A stretch of 64,000 bases of DNA from Basidiobolus meristosporus CBS 931.73 (GCA_002104905.1 MCFE01000111.1:1-64000); one strand, 5' to 3'. Shown: positions 12,169 to 25,800, counted from the first letter of the stretch. Notes: generated by a model not told the origin, from the letters alone. Translations and numbers: made by a program.

Positions 12169-14712
12169 TCACATGGAAACTACAGTGTGCTTGGCGTCGG
12201 AGACCCTATTGTTGCCAAGGAGCTGGCTTTTAAGCTCTTTCCTTGTCTGCAGCTTTTGTCCATGACCGGAATTTACCAGTCGGTAAAGGGAGAGGAATGC
12301 AAATATTGACATCACCACGTAGAGCATCACCATCATCACAATGTTAACAAAGATCGAGAATCCACCATCCAATGATAGACTGCGAAGTTGCTGTTCTCCT
12401 ACATCTTGTCCTTGTATCACTAGTCCACGGAACTGATTCTTGGCTAATGCAGCAAAGCTATATTTGATTGGACTAAGCCATTGAATCCACCCAAGGTAGA
12501 CTGGGGCGCTTCCGTTGTTCAGGAAGAATCCACCGAACATCATCAGGGGAAGCACAACCAAGGGGACCACTGCCAATGCAACCTGAAGCTGCTTGAATAA
12601 ACTGGCGATAAACATACCAAAGGCTGAGCCAACCAAGGACATGACCACGTTGGTCAACATGTAGATGAAGAATTTGCCAGCATCCGCTTGGTACCCTATC
12701 ATCCAATAGGTGATGCTCGAGAAGATCACCGGGATGAAGAGGTTGATCGGGAGTTCCACAATGATTTTCGAGAAGTAGTACGACTTCAGGGTGTAGTAGC
12801 CGCTTCCATGTTCCCGCTGGAACACTGCTCGTTCTTCGGAAAATACTGAGATCAGCGGCATCACAGTAGAGAAGAATCCATTAACAACGATAAAAAACAA
12901 TGAACCCGAGTAATCCTAGTGATGTGAAGAGATTCCAGTTAGCGTCTGAACGACAACAATGGCATTGTGTGGGTGCATGTGCTTATCACCTACCTGAATT
13001 TGTGCCGAAATCTGGCTCTTGCGTGGAATTTGTAAATAGATCAGACCAATCAACAGTGAGAAGAATATCGTCTGTCCAAGTCGTGCCTTGAAGATCATCT
13101 TGTTGCGAAGAACATTGTGCCATGCTCGCTTCAGGAGGAACTGGAACTGGGTCTTGAACCCACTCCGATACTTGAGCATGCGTGCAGTGATGGGGTTCAC
13201 AATTGGTTGCTGGGCCACCTTCAAAAGCTCATGGGCTTGAGGTGAGCTTTCCCATGATGTGATAACATCAGTGAGTCGGTTCTTCTCAGCAATATCATTT
13301 TCGATCCTTGAGCTTCGTTGATGATCACCGCTATCGCTTGTAACGGCATTTGCGTCAAACTGGAAAAGGACATTCATGAAGATATAATCAGCGGGATTGG
13401 TGTACATCGGACACTGGTAGCCTATCGAAGCGTAGTAGTCTACCGCCTTCGAGGCCTCCCCAAAGTACGTGATCTTCCCCTCGGTCATGATCATCAGGTC
13501 ATCGAACATATGGAAGATTTCGGACGAGGGCTGATGCATCACCGTGATCACTGTTCTTCCATTCGCCGCCAACAGCTTCAGGATGTGGACCACCATCATG
13601 GCTGTGTAGGCGTCCAATCCTGAGGTGGGCTCATCGAGGAAAAGGATCGATGGGTCAGTCACCATCTCCATCGCAATCGCCGCTCTCTTTCTCTCTCCCC
13701 CCGAGACCCCCTTCATCGTGGCCGTCCCAATGAGGGTGTCGGCCGCCTTCTCCATTTGCAATAGCGAGAGGACCTCTTGAAGCTTCCCCGCGCGCTCCGC
13801 CTCACTCATCTCTGGCGAGCGAAGCTTGATTGACATCATGACAGCTTCCTTCACCGTCATCGTTCCGAGAATAAGGTCATCCTGATGCACATAGCCTGAG
13901 ATAAGTCGAATGGCTGATCCAGTGACCTTTCTTCCGTTCACAAGGATGTCACCACCGATCTTTCCTCTGTTGGTGGCTCCTGCCTGTAGAATCAAACCAA
14001 TCGAGATTAGTCAGATTTCCAAACTACCGATCAGGGTGGGCGTGATTGTGTGTGTGTGTGTGTGCATGCATGTAATATAGTGAATTAAGCGATACACATC
14101 TGAAGCATTGACTGAGCAGACATCAAGATCGCGTATGATTATGCTGATGGCTGATTCAGTGGGTAAGCTGCTCAACGAGCAATATTCGATGGTTGCAGCA
14201 ACCCGCCAATCAGCCACAACAATCGTACATTGATGCACCAATGATGTCTCAATCATAACTGCCTTTTGTGAACTCGCTTAGATCGGTGAAAGGATGTGGT
14301 GGGGTGGGGTGGGGGTAGGAGTAGGGTGGAGCGGTGTGCGGTGTGTGGTGTGGTGGAGTGAATATAATACTTACAAGAATGTTGATCAAGCTGGTCTTTC
14401 CTGATCCACTGGGTCTGTATTCGTTCAAGATTGAGGTTACCTCGCTTTAGTAAGCATAACGCGTGCAAGCTTTGTCTGATTCGCCACTTACCCAAGAATC
14501 GCGGTTACTCTTCCTGGCTGAAAGACTCCGGTCAACCCCTTCAAGATTTGCTTCTCGGCCATTGGCCTCTTGGAGAAGAAGCCGGACTTCTTCGAGGTAT
14601 CTTTTACCGGGACAGAGTAGGTCAGATCCTTGAAGACGATTTGAACGGGCTCAGGCTTTGACAGGTACTTTCCAGGCATGGCCAGGTGTGTGTCCTGATT
14701 AGAAGAGTTCAT
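12169..14712 (-). CDS. ABCG (White-like) half-transporter, NBD-TMD, copy A, 4 exons
   Basis: Walker A GPSGSGKT across exons 1-2, signature VSGGERKR, Walker B LFLDEPTSGLD, H-loop MHQP, C-terminal ABC2-type membrane domain. Confidence 0.93.
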
Positions 14713-17700
14713 CGACTGCGGAATAAAATACAAGCACGTTTTTGGATGGATTGTCACAAAGTAGTCAGGCGTTTATATAGAGACCTTCGCGAATGGTCAA
14801 TAATATCTGCTGGGAGCCGCTCCCGATTGACGATTGGCAACAAGAACCCCCTTTCGCACCTGAATCAACACTCTATCAAATAGGCTACACGGCAGGATAC
14901 AATTATTGATCCACACCCCCCGAACAACGATGAATAGCTTAGAAACGTAATATCCAACAAGAATAGGATCAATCCTGTAACGCGAGAGTAGGGTTGGTCC
15001 GCAGCGATACCGATTTGGGTTAGCACTAGGAAGAGGGGTATTGGTTGCATAAAGTTATCTAATTGCGATATGGAGACACAACCTTACCAGTAGCTTTACC
15101 TGCTACTAATAATTAGCCGATAGGTAGCGATACGATGGCCTCAAAAAGCAACAACTGTCCGCAGTTGGATTGGCCCATCTAATCAATCGGCGGAAAAACG
15201 GAGGAATTTTTGTAAGCATTTCCCTTGAATAAGATGATTATAGCTCACAGCTTAAAATGATTACCTCATACATTTCTACTGCGGAGGTCAAGCTTAGATT
15301 AAGTTTATTTCGTGTCTAAAAGTCCTGATGTGAGCGGTAGAATGGAGTATTTGTTGACCGTCCGAAACCTTAAACTGTAAGCAAAATCCGAAATACTGGT
15401 GCGCTTGCTTACCACATCGTGGAGATCCACGAAGATATTGGGCATCTATTTTTGAATGTGTTCAAGAAGAAAGCCTTTTCCGTTCACCCCAATCATCCGG
15501 CAACCTCGTTCCTTCAGACATATAAAGCCGGGGTTCGTTCCCTGATCCAACATTAACTTTTCTGAATCTCTAATTATCATCAATTTGAGACAATACACTC
15601 ATGATCCCTCCTGCCCAGGACACACAGCTGGCCATGCCTGGAAAGTACCTGTCAAAGCCTGAGCCCGTTCAAATCGTCTTCAAGGATCTGACCTACTCTG
15701 TCCCGGTAAAAGATACCTCGAAGAAGTCCGGCTTCTTCTCCAAGAGGCCAATGGCCGAGAAGCAAATCTTGAAGGGGTTGACCGGAGTCTTTCAGCCAGG
15801 AAGAGTAACCGCGATTCTTGGGTAAGTGGCGAATCAGACAAAGCTTGCACGCGTTATGCTTACTAAAGCGAGGTAACCTCAATCTTGAACGAATACAGAC
15901 CCAGTGGATCAGGAAAGACCAGCTTGATCAACATTCTTGTAAGTATTATATTCACTCCACCACACCACACACCGCACACCGCTCCACCCTACTCCTACCC
16001 CCACCCCCACCCCACCACATCCTTTCACCGATCTAAGCGAGTTCACAAAAGGCAGTTATGATTGAGACATCATTGGTGCATCAATGTACGATTGTTGTGG
16101 CTGATTGGCGGGTTGCTGCAACCATCGAATATTGCTCGTTGAGCAGCTTACCCACTGAATCAGCCATCAGCATAATCATACGCGATCTTGATGTCTGCTC
16201 AGTCAATGCTTCAGATGTGTATCGCTTAATTCACTATATCACATGCATACATACACACACACACTCACACTCACACTCACACACAATCATGCCCACCCTG
16301 ATCGGTAGTTTGGAAATCTGACTAATCTCGATTGGTTTGATTCTACAGGCAGGAGCCACCAACAGAGGAAAGATCGGTGGTGACATCCTTGTGAACGGAA
16401 GAAAAGTCACTGGATCAGCCATTCGACTTATCTCAGGCTATGTGCATCAGGATGACCTTATTCTCGGAACGATGACGGTGAAGGAAGCTGTCATGATGTC
16501 AATCAAGCTTCGCTCGCCAGAGATGAGTGAGGCGGAGCGCGCGGGGAAGCTTCAAGAGATCCTCTCGCTATTGCAAATGGAGAAGGCGGCCGACACCCTC
16601 ATTGGGACGGCCACGATGAAGGGGGTCTCGGGGGGAGAGAGAAAGAGAGCGGCGATTGCGATGGAGATGGTGACTGACCCATCGATCCTTTTCCTCGATG
16701 AGCCCACCTCAGGATTGGACGCCTACACAGCCATGATGGTGGTCCACATCCTGAAGCTGTTGGCGGCGAATGGAAGAACGGTGATCACGGTGATGCATCA
16801 GCCCTCGTCCGAAATCTTCCATATGTTCGATGACCTGATGATCATGACCGAGGGGAAGATCACGTACTTTGGGGAGGCCTCGAAGGCGGTAGATTACTAC
16901 GCTTCGATAGGCTACCAGTGTCCGATGTACACCAATCCCGCTGATTATATCTTCATGAATGTCCTTTTCCAGTTTGACCCAGATATGACCAAAGGTGACA
17001 ACGCTGGCTCCAGAGAAAAGGCCAGGATCGAAAGTGATATTGCTGAGAAGAACCGACTCACTGATGTTATCACATCATGGGAAAGCTCACCTCAAGCCCA
17101 TGAGCTTTTGAAGGTGGCCCAGCAACCAATTGTGAACCCCATCACTGCACGCATGCTCAAGTATCGGAGCGGGTTCAAGACCCAGTTCCAGTTCCTCCTG
17201 AAGCGAGCATGGCACAATGTTCTTCGCAACAAGATGATCTTCAAGGCACGACTTGGACAGACGATATTCTTCTCACTGTTGATTGGTCTGATCTATTTAC
17301 AAATTCCACGCAAGAGCCAGATTTCGGCACAAATTCAGGTAGGTGATAAGCACATGCACCCACACAATGCCATTGTTATCGTTCAGACGCTAACTGGAAT
17401 CTCTTCACATCACTAGGATTACTCGGGTTCATTGTTCTTTGTCATTGTTAATGGATTCTTCTCTACTGTGATGCCAATGATCTCAGTATTTTCCGAAGAG
17501 CGAGCAGTGTTTCAGCGGGAACATGGAAGCGGCTACTACACCCTGAAGTCGTACTACTTCTCGAAAATCATTGTGGAACTCCCGATCAACCTCTTCATCC
17601 CGGTGATCTTCTCGAGCATCACCTATTGGATGATAGGGTACCAAGCGGATGCTGGCAAATTCTTCATCTACATGTTGACCAACGTGGTCATGTCCCTGGT

Positions 17701-18110
17701 CGGCTCAGCCTTTGGTATGTTTGTCGCCAGCTTGTTCAAGCAGCTTCAGGTCGCATTGGCAGTGGTCCCCTTGGTTGTGCTTCCCCTGATGATGTTCGGT
17801 GGATTCTTCCTGAACAACGGAAGCGCCCCAGTCTACCTTGGGTGGATTCAATGGATCAGTCCCATCAAGTATGGATTTGCATCGATTGCCAAGAATCAGT
17901 TCCATGGACTAGTAATACAAGGACAAGCTATCGGAGAACAACAGCTTCGCAGTCTATCACTGGATGGGGGATTCTCGATCTTTGTAAACATTGTGATGAT
18001 GTTGGTACTCTATGTCGCAGTGTCAATCCTCTCGTTCATCTCCCTCTACCGGCTGGTGAACTCCGGTAGTGGACAGAAGCTACAAACGAGAAAGGAGCTC
18101 AAGAACCAGC
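12230..18110. repeat. Large inverted repeat: ~2.5-kb arms (~12230-14698 and 15616-~18110) around a 917-bp unique spacer
   Basis: The arms are the two ABCG genes; identity begins at CAGGACACAC just after each ATG and includes all three introns. Confidence 0.93.
14713..15600. promoter_or_regulatory. Probable shared bidirectional promoter of the ABCG pair
   Basis: Lies between two divergent ATGs; TATA-like TTTATATA (~14771) and CATATAAA (~15519) each sit ~60-80 nt upstream of a start codon. Confidence 0.55.
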
Positions 18111-18151
18111 TTCTCAACAACCCTCCTCACGATATCAGCATCAAAATGTAA
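15601..18151 (+). CDS. ABCG (White-like) half-transporter, NBD-TMD, copy B, 4 exons
   Basis: Exons ~15601-15821, 15899-15938, 16350-17338, 17417-18151; same motifs as copy A. Confidence 0.93.
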
Positions 18152-18540
18152 ACGTCGACCATCGCATTATAAATAGTACCATTAATTCATTAATAGTAAA
18201 TGAGGATTTGCAGAAGGCATACATGTCAGGCTTGAAATAAAAGAACCATTTCGTAAACCACGCTGGATGGTTGTCAGTATTGAACAATAGAATCTTTGGT
18301 GTACGAGTACTTCTCAAATCATCCAAATCAATATATTGTATTCTATTACGATCCGAATAAATGATTGATGTATCTACTATGCTGAGATGCCGGATAGTAA
18401 TCGACACTCTAACGGCACATCAACTGGATCATTATCAATAGGTTTATTTGGAATTTCACGGATGACTCTATGCTAATAGGATAAGGCAGAATATAGGGTA
18501 AATATACAAGTGTAGAAACTTTACGCAGCTGATTCAACGA

Positions 18541-20450
18541 TTAGTGTTTTTCAGCATCACCCAAGATTTTGTTGACCGAGAGACCGTCGGAATCCGAGTC
18601 AGAATCATACTGAGCAAAGTTGTTGGACTCCAAATATTGGTCGAGCTTGCCGGCGGCGGCAAGAACAAGCCCAACGAATGGTGGGGATGGCTTCAAGGGT
18701 CTGGTGATGTACTCGGGGTGGAATTGGGCAGCAACGAAGTAAGGATGGTCCTCCTTCTCGAGGATGATCATTCTCTCGCCCTTCTCATCACGACCGATGA
18801 ACTTAAGACCCTTGGCTTCCAAGGCATCGATATATGCGGGGTTGATTTCGTATCTGTGACGATGACGCTCTTCGACGGTCTTGGCACCCTTGTACAATCT
18901 GCGGATCTTGCTGTTTTCGCTACCATCTTGGAAAATGGTGGGACGGACACCAAGACGCATAGTACCGCCAAGGTGGGTCTTGGAGATCTCGGGCATGTAG
19001 ATAGCGATGGGATGAGGAGTATCTTCAACAAACTCGGCCGAATGAGCGTTCTCCAAGCCCAACACGTTGCGGGCAAACTCGGTGGCGGCCAATTGGAGAC
19101 CCAAGCAGATACCAAGGAATGGAACGTTGTGTTCACGAGCCCACTTGATGGCAAGCATCTTGCCCTCAGTACCGCGGATACCGAAACCACCAGGAATCAA
19201 GATACCGTCGGCAGAGCACACCGCTTGCCAGGAATCGTGGTACTTGATGGGATCCTTATGTTGGGCTTCGGGCTCGAGATCGGTACCTTCGACCCACTTA
19301 ATGTTGAGCTTCAGGTTGGAGGAAAGGGAAGCATGCTCCAAAGCCTTGACCACGGAGCAGTAAGAGTCGTGCAAGAAGGTGTACTTGCCGACCAAAGCAA
19401 TGGTGACCTCATCTTGAGGGCGATCGTGTCTGAGGGCAACCTGTCTCCACTTGCTCCACAACTCATGACCCTCACGGACCATGGATGGGGAGATACTGAT
19501 CGAGTCCAAGTTGAGTCTCTTGCGGAAGGCCTCCAAGGCACCCTGTTGTTGGAGCAACAAGGGGACATGGTAGATGGAGGAAACATCACGAACGGCCAGA
19601 ACACACTCGGGGTTGACGTGGCAGAACATGGAGATCTTGTCGCGGATTCCCTCGTCGAGGGGCTTGGAACTACGACAGGCGATGAAGTCGGGGTTCAATC
19701 CCAAACCGCGCAAATCACGGATACTGGCCTGGGTGGGCTTGGTCTTCTGCTCTCCAACGGAGCCAACGACAGGGATCAGGGAGACGTGAATCAACGCGAA
19801 GTTCTCGTGGCCGACACGGAACTGGAACTGACGCATGGCCTCGACGAATGGAGCGGACTCGATATCTCCGACGGTACCGCCCAACTCGATGATACAAACA
19901 TCGGGCTCCTCTCCACTATCGTCAACTGGGTTCTTGCTGACGGTCTCAACCCAGTCCTGGATAGCGTCGGTGATGTGGGGAACCACCTGGACAGTCTTCC
20001 CAAGGTAGTCACCCTTTCTTTCCTTCTCAATGACATTTCTGTAAACCTTTCCGGTGGTGATGTTGTTTTCCCTGGAGAGGGTGACATCCAAGAATCTCTC
20101 GTAGTTACCAAGATCCAAATCGACCTCGCCACCATCATCGAGAACGAAGACCTCACCTAAGGATCGAATGAAAACATGTTAGCCTTCCTGTGGTGGTGTA
20201 CGATGGGTTTCGTCGAGGCAACACCGCGGGTGCTCCTCGGATATTTCAGATGCATTTATTTCCAAAGTGCCACAAACATACCGTGATCAAGAGGGCTGAG
20301 GGTACCAGCGTCAATGTTCAAGTAAGGATCAATCTTGATGGCGGTCACCCGGAGACCCAGGGTCTTGAGCAACAATCCGGTCGAGGAAGCGATGATTCCC
20401 TTGCCAATACCGGAGATGACACCACCAGAGACCAAAATGTATTTAACCAT
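18541..20450 (-). CDS. URA7: CTP synthase, 2 exons
   Basis: [58 protein letters not shown], glutaminase GICLG and HPE; one intron ~20278-20158. Confidence 0.97.
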
Positions 20451-20969
20451 GATAGTTTATATTAATATAGAATAATACAAGAGGGGAAAGGATGATCTGA
20501 AGGTAGCTAACAGCCCGAACGCTATCTGTTCGGGAAAGAAAGGCTGAACAGAGCGAGTCCATTTGTACCTTTCGAAATCCCAGCAAATCCCACCAATCCC
20601 CCCTGCAATTTTTTTTCTCCCATTGAGGGTTCCCAAAAAGGTCATCGCTTTTTTTGTCACTCGAGGGGGGGGGGGGCCGCTGGAAATCCCATCATAAATA
20701 TCGTATTGAATCCAATGGCGATTTCGCTCACTTGCGGAATATTCCTGGGGGCATGGGCCAATCATCGGTCCCGGCCGAGGCCCCCACAGCCAATTGTGGT
20801 CGGTCCTGTGAAAAAAAAACATTTTTTTTTATGGTTTCACGTACGTGATTGAATGATCACTTGCCTATCGATCGATCGTGCCAGGGATCGATCACGAAAC
20901 AACCGAGTACGATTAATCATTTGTTGCTCCAGACAATGCGCGAAAATGGCACCCAATTTTTGGAAAAGT

Positions 20970-21042
20970 CAACCCAGCCGGGGGTCGAACCCGGGACCTT
21001 CCGCTTAGGAGGCGGACGCTCTATCCACTGAGCTACGAGGTC
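20970..21042 (-). tRNA. tRNA-Arg, anticodon CCT
   Basis: Cloverleaf GACCTCG TA GCTC AGTGGATA GAGC G TCCGC CTCCTAA GCGGA AGGTC CCGGG TTCGACC CCCGG CTGGGTT G, followed by TTTT. Confidence 0.88.
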
Positions 21043-21677
21043 ATATACATTTTGTTAAAGAGTAAGCAGTCAATCGACGTTAACTGACATCAACGCATTC
21101 AAAGACGACCCAGTAGCCTGGGAAAGAGACAAATCACCAGACTCACACTAAGGTATAAATACCAATCATACAATCAAATAAAGTTGAAGTTTGGTTCGAA
21201 GTAGGAAGAACGGTAGAAACGATTATTACTTTGAATATGTTTCTACAAATCATTATCGTAATGTACGAGATAACGTACACGCTATCTATTTCTGTACTCT
21301 TAAAGTACGTAACAGTTTACTTGGAGAATTTGTTTTTTTACATCAAACAATCCCTACCTTCGTGCTGACTAAAAATTTCACCTTCGACATATTTATGTTT
21401 GTATAGCGATTGTAACTATTATTGAGCACGATTTAAACAGCAAACAGATAAGTTTAATCGTGGGGTTGTATGTAGATGGAGCTTTATATAAAGTAAACTT
21501 AGTTAACCAATAATGTCGACAAAAAATCAATGCTGAAAGTAGCGCCCTAAAACAATAACCCAATAACCCCCAAAACCTTTTTGGTGCACCCAAAAGTACA
21601 AAAATTTTGAAGAAATTGGTCAGGATTGACACTTCGCGTTAAAGTCTAAGCAAGCTGAACTCAAGTGCGTTTCCGAT

Positions 21678-22186
21678 ATGTTGTTGAATCTGTGCAAAAC
21701 CACCTTGAGTAGATTGTCACCTGTGACCAGTTCAGCGGCCACCTCTATTCGTGCCACAACAACCTATATACAATCTTCTGGATACAGTACCTTTTCTTCT
21801 TACCTTTCTTCCAACGAAAAGGCCGAGAAGACCAAGGCAACCGCAACTGAGGTGCCCTCTTTCGAACAAGATTTTGAAGCAGGTATCTCACAAGGTCGCT
21901 CCGTAGCTGTACACAATGGAAACGTAATGCAGGCCTATCGTCGTCTGAACAATATCATCAAGGATAACAACATCCGTAAAGAGCTTCGCCAAAACGAGTA
22001 CTACGAAAGACCCTCGGTCAAGAAGCACAGACTTCGCATCGAGCGTAACCGCCGCCTCTTCCAAAGAATTGTAGCCAAGAAGGTTGCCTTGGTGATGCAA
22101 ATGAAGAATAGGTAGGAGTCGTTTTCATGATGTGAGGTCCATTATTTGCATCTAACACTGCTTCATCACTTTCCAGAGGAATGTAG
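21678..22186 (+). CDS. MRP21: Mitochondrial small-subunit ribosomal protein bS21m
   Basis: S/T/R-rich presequence; GRSVAV..AYRRLNNII..YYERPSVKKHRLR; terminal intron ~22112-22176 yields ...KNRGM*. Confidence 0.85.
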
Positions 22187-22807
22187 AGGAGCCTATTAGG
22201 GCCAATCTATGGCAAGACATGTTTTGGAGGCCGTGCTTCTCGCTTGAGACATCCCATCGTGAACCTTCTAAAATAACCCATCAATTCCCTAGTGACATCC
22301 TGCATTCAAATCACTCCACTAAATTTCATTCTATAAAACTCGCTATACTCATTATATGTGCGATCGGTCGAGAATGGCTAGCATATGAATACGAAAACGT
22401 CAGTGGATATGTCGATGGTGTGAATGCCCCGAAGTGGATGGCGGACTGCAGAGGCCAACGGCATGATAGCCTGTATGTCTTGAATTCGGTTCTGATAAGC
22501 AAAGTCACCCGTCATTTGTCTGCTCGAAAGTGCTAATTACTGAGTCTTGGGGTTTGAATTTTATTAGGAATGTATGGCATGTCCATTGGAAATATGTCTC
22601 AATTGATCCTAAATGGATGACTGTACCTTGGAGGGGTGACATATCTATTGGCCGCTGAAGGCCCTGCTTATGTAAGCCATGTGTGGAGGCGCAGATGTTT
22701 CAGAGACAAGTTTAGGATAAATAGACGATATGGGGAGCATTCCAAGTACATTAAATGCGTTTCGGGTGCGAACCATAAGGGGCTCTAGATAGTGTTTTTG
22801 TGTTAGC

Positions 22808-25800
22808 ATGAAAAGAAGAAACCCCGCGAATAAAGCCCACAATAAGCCAAGAAAGGTTAGTTGCTCCAAGAGAACTTTTCGAGAGACAAAGGGCGACGCC
22901 ACCGCGACCACCCCCATGGATGAAGTTGCCTTGCCTATTGAGGAACTCAAGATTATCCAGTTGTTGGTATATTTCAATATCGACCTGTAGAAATAATGCA
23001 CCAGTTAATGGCTGTTCATTGGTTACGCTCATCCAAGAATCACTGCACTGGTTTCCAAAATAACTGAGGCGTCCGGGGAAAGCTATTATGAAATCGTACT
23101 AGATGATTTCACTCTTTACAGCGCGAGAGGCGAGATCGTTGATTTATCGGAAAGCATAGAAAGCAGCGTTTTCTTTGATGGCACCCTCTCGGGTGCAAAT
23201 ACCTTATTGCAACCCATGCGATGTAAGAAGGTAGAGAGCAGGAGAGACATCCCATTTATGAAAATATACCGGCTGATGCTCGCGAGCCTCCTAGGGGGCA
23301 GTACGTGTTTTGTCAATCGGAGGCTACGGGACCGACAACCAAAGGTCCATTTGCTGGCTAAAATCCTCGGTGGAGGATGATACTTGGTATCTCTTGAAAA
23401 ATCCGTCCGAACGATACCTCAGAGTTTGGGAGGAGTTCTGCTGGAAAGCGCAGTTTACGAAATACATTATGTACTATATAGAACGCTTTCTATTTGCGGA
23501 TTACCAAGTCATACTGACATTGAACGTCTTAGCGACTTTGTCCGAGAGGAGCCTTCGAGGCCTTATAGCGACATTGATGGTACATATCTATATATGCCCC
23601 AGGTTATCAGTAATCCCAACATGTCATCGTCGTGAATTTAGATTCATTTTGCCAATGGGTCAATGATACTTATGCAGATGGTAATATCATGCCAGAGCTT
23701 ACGGCCCCTTCCAAACAGATCGCTAATGTATAGCCTCGTTAGAATATTCCAAAATGTTGAGCACTAGACTGCAAAAAGGTATGCCAAGTGATTGAAAAGC
23801 GAGGTGCTCAGTGAGCTAAGGGTCCTGGTTTTCAGAGGAGATTGATTTCGTTATGACGACCAACTGGAAGTTCTTATGGTCCCAAGTAAGTACCCCCTTG
23901 GTTGTGTTCATGAAATATGCGCTCATACGGAGATTAGGTTCTTTCTTTGGGAGACGAGTTCGCGCAGTTGCCGTTTTTCCACGGTGGAGTGAAGCGCAAA
24001 CAATTGCGTTGAGCCCAGTTCTAACCACGTTCTACGCGATAGATCTGCGTATCCTAAAGAGCGGCCCACATCGAACCTTGACATCGAAGGTACATCATCA
24101 AAGCACCGAGATTATCTAGCAACATAACTAACCAAGCATGAATGCATACAGTGGTTTGAAAACACCTTGACCACACCAAAAGCCATGTCCTGGTTCAGAG
24201 GGCTGTTTGGACGCCACATCAACAGGGTCAATATACCGGGTGCGTGTTTAATTTGACTGAGTGTGTTCCACTCAAATATTCAACATACATACATCTAGCA
24301 CATCTAACTGAGCCAGCGCACGAGGTTCCAGATCTCCAGATGGATAACATATTTAGCCAATTAACACATTTCGACCAGAGGTTTTCACCTTCAGAGATAG
24401 ATTGGAGAGAGCCGATTTCGTTAGAGGAGGGGATTTACAACAAGATGGTCTATGGCAGGGTATCAATCAAAGTAGGGGACGTCGTAGAACTTCATCAAGA
24501 GCAGTCGACCGACTGGAAAGTGAACGGACCTTGGATAGCTCAAGTTACTCAGCTTATCAAGAACGACGTGGGTGGGGGCTTTCGGATGGTTTGGCTATTT
24601 TCCCCGTGCCAGACTGTAATAGGAGATGTCGAAGGCTACGATCCCCGGGAGGTTGTCTACTTACCATCTTGGTCACATCCGTGGAACTGACCATCCCTTG
24701 TAGCTATTCTACACCGTGTTTTGCCAGTGTGATGATTACCAACCGATTTGCTGTATAAAGCGAAAGTGCGTCGTGTTCTTTGATCAGAGCAATTGCCCGG
24801 GTAAGCCTTGCTTTCTCTGACGATGTAGCCGATCGATTCACCAACACTTCCGTCCAGATATTCCGCACGTGTATTTTTGTAGGTTCTTTTATGACCATCT
24901 GAATGCTTGCTTCTGGCATCTGAACCGAAACGAGATTTTCAACTCCGCGACAACGTTGGTATGTGGTTGTGCGGCATTTTCTGATTCTGTCGTGACGAGA
25001 TCTGGTTTCTATAAGATTGATCAATACGGTGTCGGGGATTTGCTCTTGCTAAAGCCATCTTCACACAGCACAAGATTACTGTATAGTGTAGTCGAGGTCA
25101 CCAGAGTGGATAGAGTGTCCGGCAAGCTCACAGTCCGGTGCTTTGCCAATGCCAAGGAAATCCACTCGAAATACCGATTGCCTGTGGACAAGCCTAGGCT
25201 GAATGAGCTCTACTACTGCAACAGGTTTGACATATTGGATTCCACAGAGCTGCCTCGAATTGCGGGATATTGCCACGTAGAATATTACAAGCCAACATCA
25301 GCCCTCCCAATCAACTTGCAACACCATGGAGCTGGACTGCAGGTACTCTTTGCGGATACATATCAACAACCACGAGAAGTGAATGAACCAACGGGTTGAT
25401 TTAGTACTACTTCTCCTTCCAACTTGACGAAAACATGGAGATCTCCGAGGTTGAGCAAGACCTCGAACAACGGTTCCCTCCGCACTATTCAAAAGTCAGG
25501 GGCGCCACCAAGCTGAAGGTGCTGGACCTTTTTTGCGGGGGTGGCGCGTTCGGCCGTGGGCTTCAGGACACCGGAGTGTTCGAATGTAAATGGTACACGT
25601 GTGTGCAAAGAGGGAATCTTATCTTCTTGTTAACAAAGTATACATTCTAGGGCGGTGGATATTGACAGTATGGCCACCTACACGTATAAGGCCAATGCGG
25701 GACATGATGTTCTGGTCTTTAATCAGAGCGTCAACCAGTTCCTTCAAGATTGTCTTCAGGAAAAAGATCACACGCCTAAAAAGGTCCCCCCTTCCCAAGC

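Noticed and set aside
16058-16321. 87-aa ORF in ABCG intron 2, mirrored at 14011-14256
   Set aside because: Non-ATG start; conservation between copies is explained by the arm-wide identity.
18544-20160. 538-aa ORF antisense to CTP synthase
   Set aside because: Shadow ORF in register with a codon-biased conserved gene; no recognisable motifs.
20850-20915. Cluster of GATC/ATCGAT palindromes between CTP synthase and the tRNA
   Set aside because: Short and low-complexity; no supportable function from sequence alone.
22219-23001. Short ORFs between MRP21 and the methyltransferase
   Set aside because: No motifs; likely promoter/UTR or antisense to the first methyltransferase exon.
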